In this document: positions 26,593-36,482 of the stretch, one piece after another
Layout: each line of letters begins with the position of its first letter
Position numbering within the stretch: position 1 is the stretch's first letter
NCBI GenBank assembly: GCA_964586145.1
Contig: CAZPHH010000002.1
Span: forward strand, 38,176-102,175
Origin: an uncultured Phycisphaeraceae bacterium
GTDB taxonomy: Bacteria > Planctomycetota > Phycisphaerae > UBA1845
Direction: 5' to 3'
Length of the DNA: 64,000 nt
The notes under the pieces: generated by a model
The model's database searches: none
What the model was told of the DNA's origin: nothing
What the model saw: only the letters and a program-made list of their open reading frames with translations
Program-made: the position numbers and the translations under genes

Positions 26593-29500
26593 ATGTCTCA
26601 TCGGTTTGGCTTGTTGTTGCTGGGCGTACTGGTCGCTGTCGCCTGGCCGTTGACGGCCGGAGCGCAGCCCTACCCGTCGGAGAAGCTCAGTTTCGAGGGC
26701 GACTCCGGCCAACCGGAAGTGTTCCGGTCCCCCACGACGTCCGGTTCCACACGCGGCCTGGATCCGGAGAAAGTACACACCGCCTTGCGGTCCGCGGCGT
26801 GGGGCGGCTCCGAGGGGTCGAAGTCCCTGGGAGTCACGTTCTTCTGGGAGGATGGCGCCGACCCATACGGATGGGTGCGACTCACCACCTTCAACGGCGC
26901 CGTGTATCCCAACCCCGGTCTGCATACACAGGGAAAAATCCGCTTCTACGTTGGCGGGGGCTTCAGCGCCGGAACCGTGGGGCTTTGTGTAACCGTGCGT
27001 GAGACCGGCGCGCTGGTACCGCAGATGTTCGATGGCACCACTTCCGGGACCGTCGAACTGGTGGGCGTCAGCCTGACTCCAAGCGTTATTGAGTGCGGAA
27101 CGGACGATTGCCAATCCACCGTTGCGGGGGACGACATTCTGGTGGAGTGGACGCCTGAAGGGGAGGTGGACACGTACAAGGCGATCTCCTGGGGACCGAA
27201 TCGGGTACTGGATACCGTGGCGGTCACCGGAGACGAGGAGCGGTACGGCTATATCCGTGCCACGGACGGAGGGTTGGTTCCGATTCCGGCCGTGGAGGTC
27301 CCCCCGAGCTGGGACTTCCTTCCGTTTGAGGTGAATCTGGCCACGGGGAACGTCACGTTCAACGGCACCCCCTACAATGGCGGCATCGTCACGTTGACCA
27401 CGGGCGAACCCGGCACCCTGGCCGACGCGCCGGACCAGAGAGGCGTGTTTGAGGCGCTCATCATCACGAATTCGGCAGCGGACACCGCGACGGACATCGA
27501 GCTCTACATCGACGAGCTCCAGTTCGAGTCGCCGGAGTTTGACCCGATTGTCGCGCCCATCATCCGGTCGCCCGTTCTCGACACCGACGAGACCGTGACG
27601 GTCACGAACCTGGTGCCGTACGTGAACCGCGTCAAGCTGTTCAAGAACGCCGTGGAGGTGGGCGACCAGGCCCTGTCTCCGTCGGCGCCGGGCGCTATCA
27701 AGGAATACGCCTTCACCGTGCCGGAACACGTCGCGGGTGACGTGTACACGGCCGAACAGTGGGACTCGAAGACCCCGGTGAACCAGCAGAGCCCCCTCTC
27801 GCCGTCCGTGAAAGTGTTGAGCGGCTCGCCGCCCTTCACCTTCTCGATTCTGCTGGACGAGGACGGCAACCCCTGCAACTACGATCCGCCCGGCGGCTGG
27901 GAGTGGGTCGGCGTGTCGTCCGTCTCGGGCTTCGTTCCGCAGGGAATCACGGCGATCTTCCCCAACAGCCTGATGTGGCAGGTCGTCGAGATCCCGCTGG
28001 ATGATGACAGCGTGGTCCTCCCGGGCTACGGCGGCAACGGTGAGATCGCGCACCCCTCCGCCACGGGGGTCTATGCGATGGACAGCATGTGGTTTACGAT
28101 CGGCCCGAATGTCGACTCCAACAATCTGGGCCCCTGGGAGGTCTTCCTCGATCGGATCGAGAGCCTCGACAGCGAAGGCGAGACCCTCGAGGTCATTCTG
28201 GACATGGAGGACGGCGTCAACCGCATCCAGAATCAGCGTGGACAGAGTTCGGTCAACGTGTCGAGTTCGTTGTTGTCCAGCCTGACGGCGTATGACGGCA
28301 CGGCCAGCCACCGGCTGCTCTGGACCTATCCGGGCACCACTCCGAGTACAAGCCTTGGGATGCTGCAGCGGATCGGGTACGAGTGTACGTCCAGCGAGCA
28401 GTTCAGTGACAGCACGGCGGCGATCCGGTTCCATATGTACTGCCGCGAGCCGGCGGCCAACCCCACCGTACCTCTTCCCACGATCGTCGGCCCCATCGTC
28501 GTGGGCACCCAGGAAACCGTGCGAGTGAACATCGATACGACCGCGACGGCCGTTCAGGTGTACGTCAGCGGCGAACCTGCGGGAAGCCCGATCGCCACGT
28601 CCGGCGAAAGCTACGTGGACGTCGCGCTGCCGAGCCTGGCGGCCTACGACTCGATCTCCGCTACGCAGACGATCCCGGTGGACGGCGAAAGCGATCCGGC
28701 CTACCCGCGCGTCGCGATGGACATCGTGAATGCGCCGGTGTTGACGTCGCCGATTGCGCCCGCATCGACCAGCGTGACGGTGAACGGCGTGTATGACGTG
28801 GCTCATGCAACGGCCTCGGTCGTCACCGTGTACGTGAACGACGTTCTCGCCGGCACAGCGCCGGGCGAAGAAGGCAACTCGTCGATCGTCGTTACGACCA
28901 GCGCGCTGGCAAACGGCCAGGTCGTCACGGCCACGCAGACGGTCAACGGCGTGACCAGTCCGCTGTCGGAGCCCGTGGTCGTCGGTTTCCCGGCGCCCGT
29001 GATCTACATGGCGCCGGCGGCCGGAACCGCGAGCGTCCGGGTAATGGAACTGGTCCCGGGTGCGACGAGCGTCACCGTGACGGACGGCGCCACGAAGTCG
29101 TTCACGGCCCCGGTGCCGCCGGGAGCCGATCGCGTGGACGTTCCGGTCAGCGGCCTGGTTCAAGGCGATGTGGTGTACGCCTACCAGTCGTTTGACGGCC
29201 TCAACAGCGAGGAGTCCGACACGGAGACCGTCACGACGAGTGTCGTCACCACCATTCTCTCGGACAACTTCGAGTCCTACGCCAGCCAGGCGGCGCTCGA
29301 GGCGGTGTGGACCCAGGCCCCGGCGAGCGGCTCGCCCTCCATGTTGCTGACGGACGAGATGAACGCCACCTGGCCGAGCGGCGCGCAATCCCTGTACGCC
29401 TCGAACGGCGGTTGCCGTGTGCAGACGACCATCACGCCGATCGTCCCCACGGCCGAGGAGCCGGTTGTCTGGAACTCCCTGATCTACGACTCGACAGGAC

Positions 29501-31017
29501 CCACTGTGTGGATGCGTCAGTTCACCCAGCTCAACACGTCGTCCACCTCGTGGGCGTGGTTCGGCCATGTCGGCATGTGGAATGACTCTTCCCTCGTGAC
29601 TTTGCCCTGGTACCACTTCCGCGCGAACGGGCTCGGAGGACCCAACTGGATCGATCTCGATCAGTACGAAGCGCCTCAGCGGTCTATCGGGTGGCACTCC
29701 TTCACTGTGGTGCACAAGGGTGACCGGATCGATGTGTACGTGGACGAGCTGTTAGCCCTGAAGAACCTGCAGTTGAACACGGCGCCCACGCTGGGCTGGC
29801 CGCGAATCGGTGCCGGCTATGCCAGCGCGCAGATCGCTTACTACGACGACTATGTCCTCGAAGTCGGCCCGGTCCGCTTCCTGCAGATCGCGCCGCAGGC
29901 GCCTCCGCCCCCGACCGTGCAGGGGCCCATCGTGGATGGCGATACGACGGTGACCATCACCGGCGTCGCTGAAAGTGCGACGAACGTGACCGTCTGGGAC
30001 GATTCGGTGCCGCCGACGCAGGTTGGCAGCGTCTCCGGCAACCCGGTGACCACGGAAGGTGTGGTCGTCGTCCCGCTGGTGCGGTCGCTGGTGCACCTCG
30101 AGCGGATTCACGCGACCCAGACCAACTCGGCCGGCACGTCCGTTGACTCCGCCGCGCTGGAGGTCGGCAAGGGCAACGGCGCCATTCTGCTCTCGTTAGG
30201 CGTCCGGGAGACCGGCGACACCGGTCCGCTGGGGACCACGGGCGGCACCACGGGGCAGATCGAATGGATCGGCGCGTCCAGCGCCTCCGGAGGCGCTCCG
30301 CAGGGCAAGCCCATCAGCCCGTCGGTCGCGTGGCAAACCGTCACGTTTGACCCGAACAGCGATCCGATTCTCAGTTTCACCGGCGACGGCGCGATCACGG
30401 CCACCCGCGGCGTGCTCGAGCACCTGGCCGTTGCGGTGAATTCCACGTCGCCCAACCGCAGCGCCGGCCCCTACAAGCTCTACGTGGACAACGTCGTCAA
30501 CGTGGAGGCCGGTGACGGCGGCGCCGATTTCGTCATCACCGATTTCGAGACGCACCTCGGCACGCCGCTGCCGGTCGGGTCCGGGGCGCTGTTCCAGACC
30601 CCGAGATTCTCCGGGTCGACGGACATGCATGCCATACCCTCACCGAACATCAGCGAGGTGACGGATGTGCGAGGCAATCCGGATCAGTCGGCGTGGCTGT
30701 CCTGGTTCTTCAAGGACACGTCAGAGCAGCGTTGGCTGCGGGTGACCACGTCGGGAACCGAGTATATCTCCCGGCCGATCATCGACCTGACGAAGCCGGT
30801 CCGGATGGACGTGCTGCTGCTGCCGGGTTGCGCGACGATCCTCGGCGACCTGAGCGGGAACGGCACGATCGGTGAAGAGGACATCGCGCTGTTCGTCAAC
30901 TGCATGGACGGCCCGACCGTTCCGGCGGATCCGTCGTGCGTGTGTGGCGACTTCAACGACGATGACTACATCGACCTGGTGGACTTCGCCGAGTTCCAGG
31001 CCGTATTCGCGGACTGA
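26593..31017 (+). CDS. Giant secreted repeat protein (Ig-like modules, lectin/LamG-like region, dockerin-like tail)
   Basis: ORF 26401..31017 trimmed to ATG 26593 (GGAGGA SD at 26578-26583). Signal peptide MSHRFGLLLLGVLVAVAWPLTAGA. At least 5 copies of a ~85-aa module ending in ..ATQT... The C-terminus has two Ca-loop-like motifs. No enzymatic motif recognised. Confidence 0.8.
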   Translation: MSHRFGLLLLGVLVAVAWPLTAGAQPYPSEKLSFEGDSGQPEVFRSPTTSGSTRGLDPEKVHTALRSAAWGGSEGSKSLGVTFFWEDGADPYGWVRLTTFNGAVYPNPGLHTQGKIRFYVGGGFSAGTVGLCVTVRETGALVPQMFDGTTSGTVELVGVSLTPSVIECGTDDCQSTVAGDDILVEWTPEGEVDTYKAISWGPNRVLDTVAVTGDEERYGYIRATDGGLVPIPAVEVPPSWDFLPFEVNLATGNVTFNGTPYNGGIVTLTTGEPGTLADAPDQRGVFEALIITNSAADTATDIELYIDELQFESPEFDPIVAPIIRSPVLDTDETVTVTNLVPYVNRVKLFKNAVEVGDQALSPSAPGAIKEYAFTVPEHVAGDVYTAEQWDSKTPVNQQSPLSPSVKVLSGSPPFTFSILLDEDGNPCNYDPPGGWEWVGVSSVSGFVPQGITAIFPNSLMWQVVEIPLDDDSVVLPGYGGNGEIAHPSATGVYAMDSMWFTIGPNVDSNNLGPWEVFLDRIESLDSEGETLEVILDMEDGVNRIQNQRGQSSVNVSSSLLSSLTAYDGTASHRLLWTYPGTTPSTSLGMLQRIGYECTSSEQFSDSTAAIRFHMYCREPAANPTVPLPTIVGPIVVGTQETVRVNIDTTATAVQVYVSGEPAGSPIATSGESYVDVALPSLAAYDSISATQTIPVDGESDPAYPRVAMDIVNAPVLTSPIAPASTSVTVNGVYDVAHATASVVTVYVNDVLAGTAPGEEGNSSIVVTTSALANGQVVTATQTVNGVTSPLSEPVVVGFPAPVIYMAPAAGTASVRVMELVPGATSVTVTDGATKSFTAPVPPGADRVDVPVSGLVQGDVVYAYQSFDGLNSEESDTETVTTSVVTTILSDNFESYASQAALEAVWTQAPASGSPSMLLTDEMNATWPSGAQSLYASNGGCRVQTTITPIVPTAEEPVVWNSLIYDSTGPTVWMRQFTQLNTSSTSWAWFGHVGMWNDSSLVTLPWYHFRANGLGGPNWIDLDQYEAPQRSIGWHSFTVVHKGDRIDVYVDELLALKNLQLNTAPTLGWPRIGAGYASAQIAYYDDYVLEVGPVRFLQIAPQAPPPPTVQGPIVDGDTTVTITGVAESATNVTVWDDSVPPTQVGSVSGNPVTTEGVVVVPLVRSLVHLERIHATQTNSAGTSVDSAALEVGKGNGAILLSLGVRETGDTGPLGTTGGTTGQIEWIGASSASGGAPQGKPISPSVAWQTVTFDPNSDPILSFTGDGAITATRGVLEHLAVAVNSTSPNRSAGPYKLYVDNVVNVEAGDGGADFVITDFETHLGTPLPVGSGALFQTPRFSGSTDMHAIPSPNISEVTDVRGNPDQSAWLSWFFKDTSEQRWLRVTTSGTEYISRPIIDLTKPVRMDVLLLPGCATILGDLSGNGTIGEEDIALFVNCMDGPTVPADPSCVCGDFNDDDYIDLVDFAEFQAVFAD

Positions 31018-31068
31018 CGCGGACGGCCAACCTCGCCGCGTCGGCGAGGAAATGCCTGAGTTCTGATT

Positions 31069-31110
31069 GCCCGCCTGCCGGTCCACCCGATCGGCAGGCG
31101 GGCCCTTTTT
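31069..31110 (+). terminator. Rho-independent terminator of the giant-protein gene
   Basis: gcccgcctgccg (31069-31080), 11-nt loop, cggcaggcgggc (31092-31103), then ccTTTTTg: a perfect 12-bp stem plus a T-run. Confidence 0.75.
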
Positions 31111-31151
31111 GTAGGGGCATAGGGAGGCCGACGACATCCGGGCGCGTGCCG

Positions 31152-32978
31152 CTACTCCACGGTCACGCTCTTGGCCAGGTTGCGAGGTTTGTCCACGTTG
31201 CAGCCGCGGAGAACGGCCGCGTGGTACGCGATGAGCTGCAGCGGGATCACCGTCAGCAGCGGCTGGAGCGGTTCGAGCGTGTCCGGCACATACAGCACGT
31301 GCTCGGCCACTCGCGTGATGTCGCGGTCCCCCTCGGTGGCCACGGCGATGATGTGTCCGCCCCGCGAGCGGACCTCCTCAATGTTGCTCAGGACCTTCTC
31401 GTACTGGGCCCCGCGGGGGGCGATGACCACCACCGGCATCCCCTCGCTGATCAGGGCGATGGGGCCGTGCTTCATCTCCGCGGCGGGCAGCCCTTCGGCA
31501 TGGATGTAGCTGATCTCCTTGAGCTTGAGGGCCCCCTCCAGGGCCACCGGGTAATGGTATCCACGGCCGAGGTACAGCCAGTTGTTCCGCTCGTGATAGA
31601 CCTGTGCCACGGCCCTCGCCGCGTCCGCCTGCTTCAGCACGCGTTGCACCTGGTCGGGGATGGCATCCAGTGCCCGTAAAATCTCGAACGCGGCCCCCTG
31701 CGACAGATGGCGGCGGCGGCCCAGAAACGCCGCCATCAGCGTCAGAACAGTCAACTGCCCGGTGAACGCCTTGGTGGAGGCCACGCCGATCTCCGGCCCC
31801 ACGTGCAGGTACACCCCCGCGTCCGTCTCCCGGGCGATCGTCGAGCCCACGGTGTTCACGACGCCCAGGGCCAGGGCGCCCCGCTGCTTCGCCTCGCGCA
31901 GGGCGGCCAGCGTGTCGGCCGTCTCGCCGCTTTGCGAGATCGCGATGACCGCCGTGCCTTCGCTCACGATCGGGTTTCGGTATCGGAACTCGCTGGCGTA
32001 CTCCACCTCCGTGGGGACGCGGGCGAGATCCTCGAAGAGGTATTCGCCCACCAGCCCCGCATGCCAGGCCGTTCCGCACGCGGTCAGAATGATCCGACGG
32101 CAACGGGTCAGCTCACGGGCGCAATCACGCAGCCCGCCCAGGAAGATGGACCCCTCCCGAACGTCCACCCGGCCGCGCATGCACATCCGGAGGGAGGCCG
32201 GCTGCTCGCAGATTTCCTTGAGCATGTAATGCTCGTAGCCGGCCAGCTCGATCTGTTCGAGGGACCACTCGACCTCCTGCACCTCCTTGGTCACGGGCAC
32301 GGCGTCCAGGGTGGTCGTGCGGAAGCCCTCGCGTGTCAGACGGGCAATCTCGTGGTCTTCCAGGTAGATCACCTGTGTGGTGTGTTCCAGAATGGCCGAT
32401 GCGTCCGACGCGACGATGTACTCCCCTTTGCCCACGCCGATGATCAGCGGGCTGCCCTTGCGGGCCACCACAATCTCGTTTGGCTCGTCCGCGCTGACCA
32501 CCGCGATGCCGTACGTGCCCTGCACCTGCCGCAGGGCCTGTCGAACGGCCGTCTCCAGGTTCCCGTCGTAGAACGACGCGATCAACTGGACCAGCACCTC
32601 GCTGTCGGTTTCGCTGCGAAACCGCACGTTCTGCTGTTCCAGGTAAGTCCGCAGGGGCTGGTAGTTCTCGATAATTCCGTTGTGGACCAGCGCAATCCGC
32701 TGGGCGGAATCGCAATGAGGGTGCGCGTTCACGTCATTCGGAACGCCGTGCGTGGCCCAGCGCGTGTGGGCGATTCCCAGGGTGGCCGCCTCCCCCGCCA
32801 AGTCGAGCTTCTGCTCCAGCACGGCGATGCGGCCTCTCGACTTCCGGACGCGGAGCCCCTGTTCGTCCAGCAGGGCGACGCCGCACGAGTCATACCCCCG
32901 GTATTCCAGCCGCTTGAGCCCTTCGACCAGAGTTGGCAATGCCGGGCGCTGCCCCACGTAGCCGACGATTCCGCACAT
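31152..32978 (-). CDS. glmS: Glutamine--fructose-6-phosphate aminotransferase
   Basis: ORF 31152..33053 trimmed to MCGIVGYVG (the Cys2 nucleophile). Tandem SIS domains. C-terminus KPRNLAKSVTVE. Confidence 0.95.
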   Translation of the reverse strand: MCGIVGYVGQRPALPTLVEGLKRLEYRGYDSCGVALLDEQGLRVRKSRGRIAVLEQKLDLAGEAATLGIAHTRWATHGVPNDVNAHPHCDSAQRIALVHNGIIENYQPLRTYLEQQNVRFRSETDSEVLVQLIASFYDGNLETAVRQALRQVQGTYGIAVVSADEPNEIVVARKGSPLIIGVGKGEYIVASDASAILEHTTQVIYLEDHEIARLTREGFRTTTLDAVPVTKEVQEVEWSLEQIELAGYEHYMLKEICEQPASLRMCMRGRVDVREGSIFLGGLRDCARELTRCRRIILTACGTAWHAGLVGEYLFEDLARVPTEVEYASEFRYRNPIVSEGTAVIAISQSGETADTLAALREAKQRGALALGVVNTVGSTIARETDAGVYLHVGPEIGVASTKAFTGQLTVLTLMAAFLGRRRHLSQGAAFEILRALDAIPDQVQRVLKQADAARAVAQVYHERNNWLYLGRGYHYPVALEGALKLKEISYIHAEGLPAAEMKHGPIALISEGMPVVVIAPRGAQYEKVLSNIEEVRSRGGHIIAVATEGDRDITRVAEHVLYVPDTLEPLQPLLTVIPLQLIAYHAAVLRGCNVDKPRNLAKSVTVE

Positions 32979-33196
32979 CAGAAGACCCCCTGTTCCGGCC
33001 ACCCGCCACGCGGTCCCGCGCCGGTCATCCACGCTCGCTGCCCGTCCCCTCACCGCGCATACCGTATCTAACGGACCATGCTTCTCTCGGGTTCATCGGC
33101 AAACCCGTTTTGGGCGGTGTATCGCACCGTGAAACAGCCTATAATCCGAGGTTCGCCCCGGCACCAGCGTCGCGGGGCAGACGGGTAAGGCGATCC

Positions 33197-34564
33197 GTGG
33201 CGGACCTGTTTGAGGACAGAAAACGGCGGAATCGCGGGGCGGTCCAGCCTTTGGCGGTCCGGATGCGGCCCCGCACCCTGGACGAATTCGCCGGTCAGCA
33301 GCACTTCATTGGCCAAGGCAAGCTGCTGCGGAGGATGCTGCAGGCTGATCGGCTTACCAGCGCCGTGTTTTACGGCCCCCCCGGAACGGGAAAGACCACC
33401 CTGGCTCACATCGTGGCGGACACCACCCGGGCCGTGTTTCAGGAGCTTCATGCCGCCGCGGTGGGCGTCAAGGACGTGCGGGACGTTTTGAACGCCGCCC
33501 GCCGTCGCGTGGAAGATGGTGGCGGCCGGACGGTGCTGTTCATCGACGAGCTGCACCGTTTCAACCGGGCCCAGCAGGACGTTCTGCTGAGTGATGTGGA
33601 GAACGGGATCATCACGCTGATCGGGGCCACGACGGAGAACCCGTTCTTTGCCATCAACTCGCCTCTCGTCTCCCGGAGCCAGATCTTCCAGTTTGAGCCT
33701 CTGTCGGGGGACGACATTCTGAGCCTGCTTCGCCGGGCCCTGACGGACACGGAGCGGGGTCTTGGCAGGTTTTCTATTGAACTTACGGACGAGGCCGGGC
33801 ATCATCTGGCCCAGGCAGCCGATGGCGACGCGCGCCGAGCCCTGACCGCCCTGGAAGTTGCGGTCCTATCCCAGGCGGATCCGGAGCAGCCGGACCGACC
33901 CATCGTGGTCGATCTGGCGGTGGCTGCCGAGTCGATCCAGCGGAAGGCCCTGCAGTACGATCCGACGGGTGACGCGCACTACGACTGCATCAGTGCGTTC
34001 ATCAAGTCCATACGCGGGAGCGACCCGGACGCTGCGGTCTACTGGCTGGCCCGGATGCTCGAGGCGGGGGAAGACCCGCGGTTCATCGCCCGTCGGCTGG
34101 TGATTGCCGCGGCGGAAGACATCGGAAACGCCGCTCCGTTCGGGCTTGTGTTGGCGCAGGCCGCGGCGGACGCCACGGTGATGGTCGGAATGCCGGAGTG
34201 CCAGCTTCCCCTGGCCCAGGCGGCCGTGTACCTGGCGTGTTCGCCGAAGTCCAACGCATCGGCCGTCGCCATCTGGTCGGCGGCGAGCGACGTTCGGGAG
34301 GGTCGGACTGTGCCGGTGCCTCGCCACCTTCGGGACAGCCACTATGGCGGGGCCGCGCGGATGGGCGCGGGAGACGGATACCGATATCCGCACGATCATC
34401 CCGAGGGCATGGTGGCCCAGGAGTACCTGGGCGTCGATAAGCAGTATTACGTTCCGACCGATCACGGCCAGGAGGCCCGTTTGCGCGAGTACGTGGAACG
34501 GTTCAGGAAACTCCAAGCGGAGGGCTGTTCGCCGGCGTCGCCCGCACAGCCAATAGCACGGTGA
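33197..34564 (+). CDS. rarA: Replication-associated recombination protein A (AAA+ ATPase)
   Basis: ORF 32933..34564; the likely start is GTG 33197. QPLAVRMRPRTLDEFAGQQH, Walker A GPPGTGKTT, Walker B LFIDELHRFN, and GATTENP. Confidence 0.9.
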   Translation: MADLFEDRKRRNRGAVQPLAVRMRPRTLDEFAGQQHFIGQGKLLRRMLQADRLTSAVFYGPPGTGKTTLAHIVADTTRAVFQELHAAAVGVKDVRDVLNAARRRVEDGGGRTVLFIDELHRFNRAQQDVLLSDVENGIITLIGATTENPFFAINSPLVSRSQIFQFEPLSGDDILSLLRRALTDTERGLGRFSIELTDEAGHHLAQAADGDARRALTALEVAVLSQADPEQPDRPIVVDLAVAAESIQRKALQYDPTGDAHYDCISAFIKSIRGSDPDAAVYWLARMLEAGEDPRFIARRLVIAAAEDIGNAAPFGLVLAQAAADATVMVGMPECQLPLAQAAVYLACSPKSNASAVAIWSAASDVREGRTVPVPRHLRDSHYGGAARMGAGDGYRYPHDHPEGMVAQEYLGVDKQYYVPTDHGQEARLREYVERFRKLQAEGCSPASPAQPIAR

Positions 34565-35133
34565 AGAAGGCGCTCAGACAGGAAATCCGCAGGCGCGTGG
34601 CCGGACTGTCACCCAGTGACGTTCAGACCATGTCGGCCAAGGCCTGCGAGTTGCTGGTCGCCCAGCCGGAGTACAAGAGGGCTGAGATCATCATGGTGTT
34701 CATCTCCCACCCGACGGAGGTGGACACCAAGCCGCTCGTGCTGCGGGCCTGGCAGGACCACAAGCGCGTTCTCGCCCCCAAAGTGAGCTGGGAACAGCGC
34801 CGGATGCTCCCGGTCGAGATCCGCTCGCTCACCGAGGACTTGACCACCACGCCGCTCGGGGTTCGCGAACCAACCACCGGCCCCCCCTTCCCGATCTCCC
34901 TGATCGACCTGGTCATCGTGCCCGGACTGGGCTTTGACGAGCACGGCAACCGTCTGGGCCGCGGGCGGGGATTCTATGACCGGTTCCTGGCCCATCCGGA
35001 GTTCCAGGGCGTCTCCTGCGCGATGGCGTTCGAGATGCAGATGACCGAACAGGTCCCGTCCGACGCGCTGGACGTTCGGGTCAAGATGCTGGTCACCGAG
35101 GTGAAGGTGCGCCGTTTTGCGCCGCAACCATGA
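34561..35133 (+). CDS. 5-formyltetrahydrofolate cyclo-ligase
   Basis: 190 aa; the GTG start overlaps the rarA stop. VIVPGLGFDEHGNRLGRGRGFYDRFL is the family signature. Confidence 0.85.
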   Translation: MKKALRQEIRRRVAGLSPSDVQTMSAKACELLVAQPEYKRAEIIMVFISHPTEVDTKPLVLRAWQDHKRVLAPKVSWEQRRMLPVEIRSLTEDLTTTPLGVREPTTGPPFPISLIDLVIVPGLGFDEHGNRLGRGRGFYDRFLAHPEFQGVSCAMAFEMQMTEQVPSDALDVRVKMLVTEVKVRRFAPQP

Positions 35134-35363
35134 GCCGGCCCGTTGGGCATCTCGGTGTCGATCCCCAACCCATTGATCGACAACAAATTACAGCGAAACT
35201 CCGTCGAGTTGGCTGCCCAGGCCCTACTCGCCCTATAAAACTTTCATGGTAAGCTTGTGAATGCGGGAGGTCGATAATCCCGTAGGAGTTGGGGCGGAAT
35301 CGCGGCCTGCGGCCGGTCCGCCGGACAGACATCCCACAGCCCAAGACGCCTGGAGGTGCCGTT

Positions 35364-36437
35364 GTGACCAGGAGATCCCGGAAGCGTTCCCGTAGCCCGT
35401 TCGTACTGTTCGCCGTGGCTGCCTGCATCCTGTTGGTCGGAGTCTACCTCAAGACCCGACCCGACACGCAGAGCACGGCCAATGCGGGGGCTGAGACGGC
35501 TGCGGTTACGCCCACCCCGAGCCGGGACGCCGGCACCGGCACACCGGCGGCGCCGCTGGGTCAGCCTCAGATCATCGAGCCCGGACAGACTCTGTCCAAG
35601 GTGGTGCCGCAGGCAACGCTGACACACGCGCCGTCGATACCGTCCTCGCTGCCGTGGCTGGACGAGGACGCCGCAATCCAGGCCAACCCGGCTCAGGCCG
35701 CCAAGCACGTGCAGCAGGCGCGCGCCGCCCTGGCCGCGGACGATCTGATCACGGCTCGCACCCATTTTTCGCGTGCTTTGTTGTCGGGCCTTCCCGCGGC
35801 CGAAGACGAGGCGGTTCGCGTCGAGGCGCTGAAGTTGGCGGAGGAAACGGTTTTCTCGAATCGAACCATTACGGGCGATCCGCTCGTGGACGTGCATGTC
35901 ATTGGACGAGGCGAGACGCTGGAGACCATCGCCAAGTCGTACTACGTGACGGCCGGTTTGCTGGCCCGCGTGAACAACATCGCCAACCCGAACATCATTC
36001 GTCAGGGTCAGCGGATCAAGGTCATCCGGGGACCGCTCCATGCGGTCGTCTCCAAATCCCGGTTCCACGTGGATGTCTACCTGAAGGACACGCTGGTCAA
36101 GCGGTTTGCCGTGGGCCTGGGAACGGACGACAGCACGCCCACCGGCGAGTGGGTGTGCAAGAACAAGCTGATCAACCCGAGGTACTATCCGCCGCGTGGG
36201 GGAAAACCCATCGAGGCCGACGACCCGGAGAACCCGTTGGGTGAGCGATGGATCGGTCTGGAGGGCGTAGCCGGTGAAGCCATGTACCAATCCGGCTACG
36301 GCATCCACGGCACCATCGAGCCGGAGAGCATCGGCAGGGCGGTGTCTCTGGGGTGCATCCGCCTGCTGAACGAAGACGTGGAGTTTCTCTACGACATGCT
36401 GGTGGACGCCTACTCCCGCGTCGTGGTCATCAACTGA
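35364..36437 (+). CDS. LysM-domain L,D-transpeptidase (YkuD family)
   Basis: ORF 35289..36437; I prefer GTG 35364 (GGAGG SD at 35352-35356, 7-nt spacer). TM anchor, LysM (HVIGRGETLETIAKSY...IRQGQRIKV), and catalytic HGT...SLGCIRL. Confidence 0.85.
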   Translation: MTRRSRKRSRSPFVLFAVAACILLVGVYLKTRPDTQSTANAGAETAAVTPTPSRDAGTGTPAAPLGQPQIIEPGQTLSKVVPQATLTHAPSIPSSLPWLDEDAAIQANPAQAAKHVQQARAALAADDLITARTHFSRALLSGLPAAEDEAVRVEALKLAEETVFSNRTITGDPLVDVHVIGRGETLETIAKSYYVTAGLLARVNNIANPNIIRQGQRIKVIRGPLHAVVSKSRFHVDVYLKDTLVKRFAVGLGTDDSTPTGEWVCKNKLINPRYYPPRGGKPIEADDPENPLGERWIGLEGVAGEAMYQSGYGIHGTIEPESIGRAVSLGCIRLLNEDVEFLYDMLVDAYSRVVVIN

Positions 36438-36482
36438 GCGCAGGGACGCTTCCTGGAAACACGCCCTGCGGGATGCCGCCGG

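Noticed and set aside
26587-29715. Very long antisense ORFs in the track. Examples: 26587..29715 (- strand, 1042 aa), 35244..38258 (- strand, 1004 aa), 6837..9500 (- strand, 887 aa), 1487..3592 (- strand, 701 aa), 9549..11522 (+ strand, 657 aa), 5481..6806 (- strand, 441 aa).
   Set aside because: Each lies opposite a gene with clear family motifs. Their translations are Arg/Gly/Pro/Ala/His-rich with no motifs. Stop codons are rare in the antisense frames of high-GC genes, so the length alone is not evidence.
32979-33196. A glmS ribozyme upstream of glmS.
   Set aside because: The 218-nt divergent region shows none of the conserved ribozyme core that I can recall, and the ribozyme is mainly a Gram-positive feature. 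Most of the space is needed for the rarA and glmS promoters.
35157-35302. Possible 6S RNA downstream of the 5-formyl-THF cyclo-ligase gene. In E. coli, ssrS is linked to ygfA. Nested complementarity is present: ccccaac/gttgggg and att(g)atcgac/gtcgataat.
   Set aside because: In E. coli ssrS lies upstream of ygfA, not downstream as here. The predicted fold has a one-sided 17-nt bulge rather than a two-sided central bubble. The region also has to hold the promoter of the next gene. It cannot be supported without a covariance-model scan.
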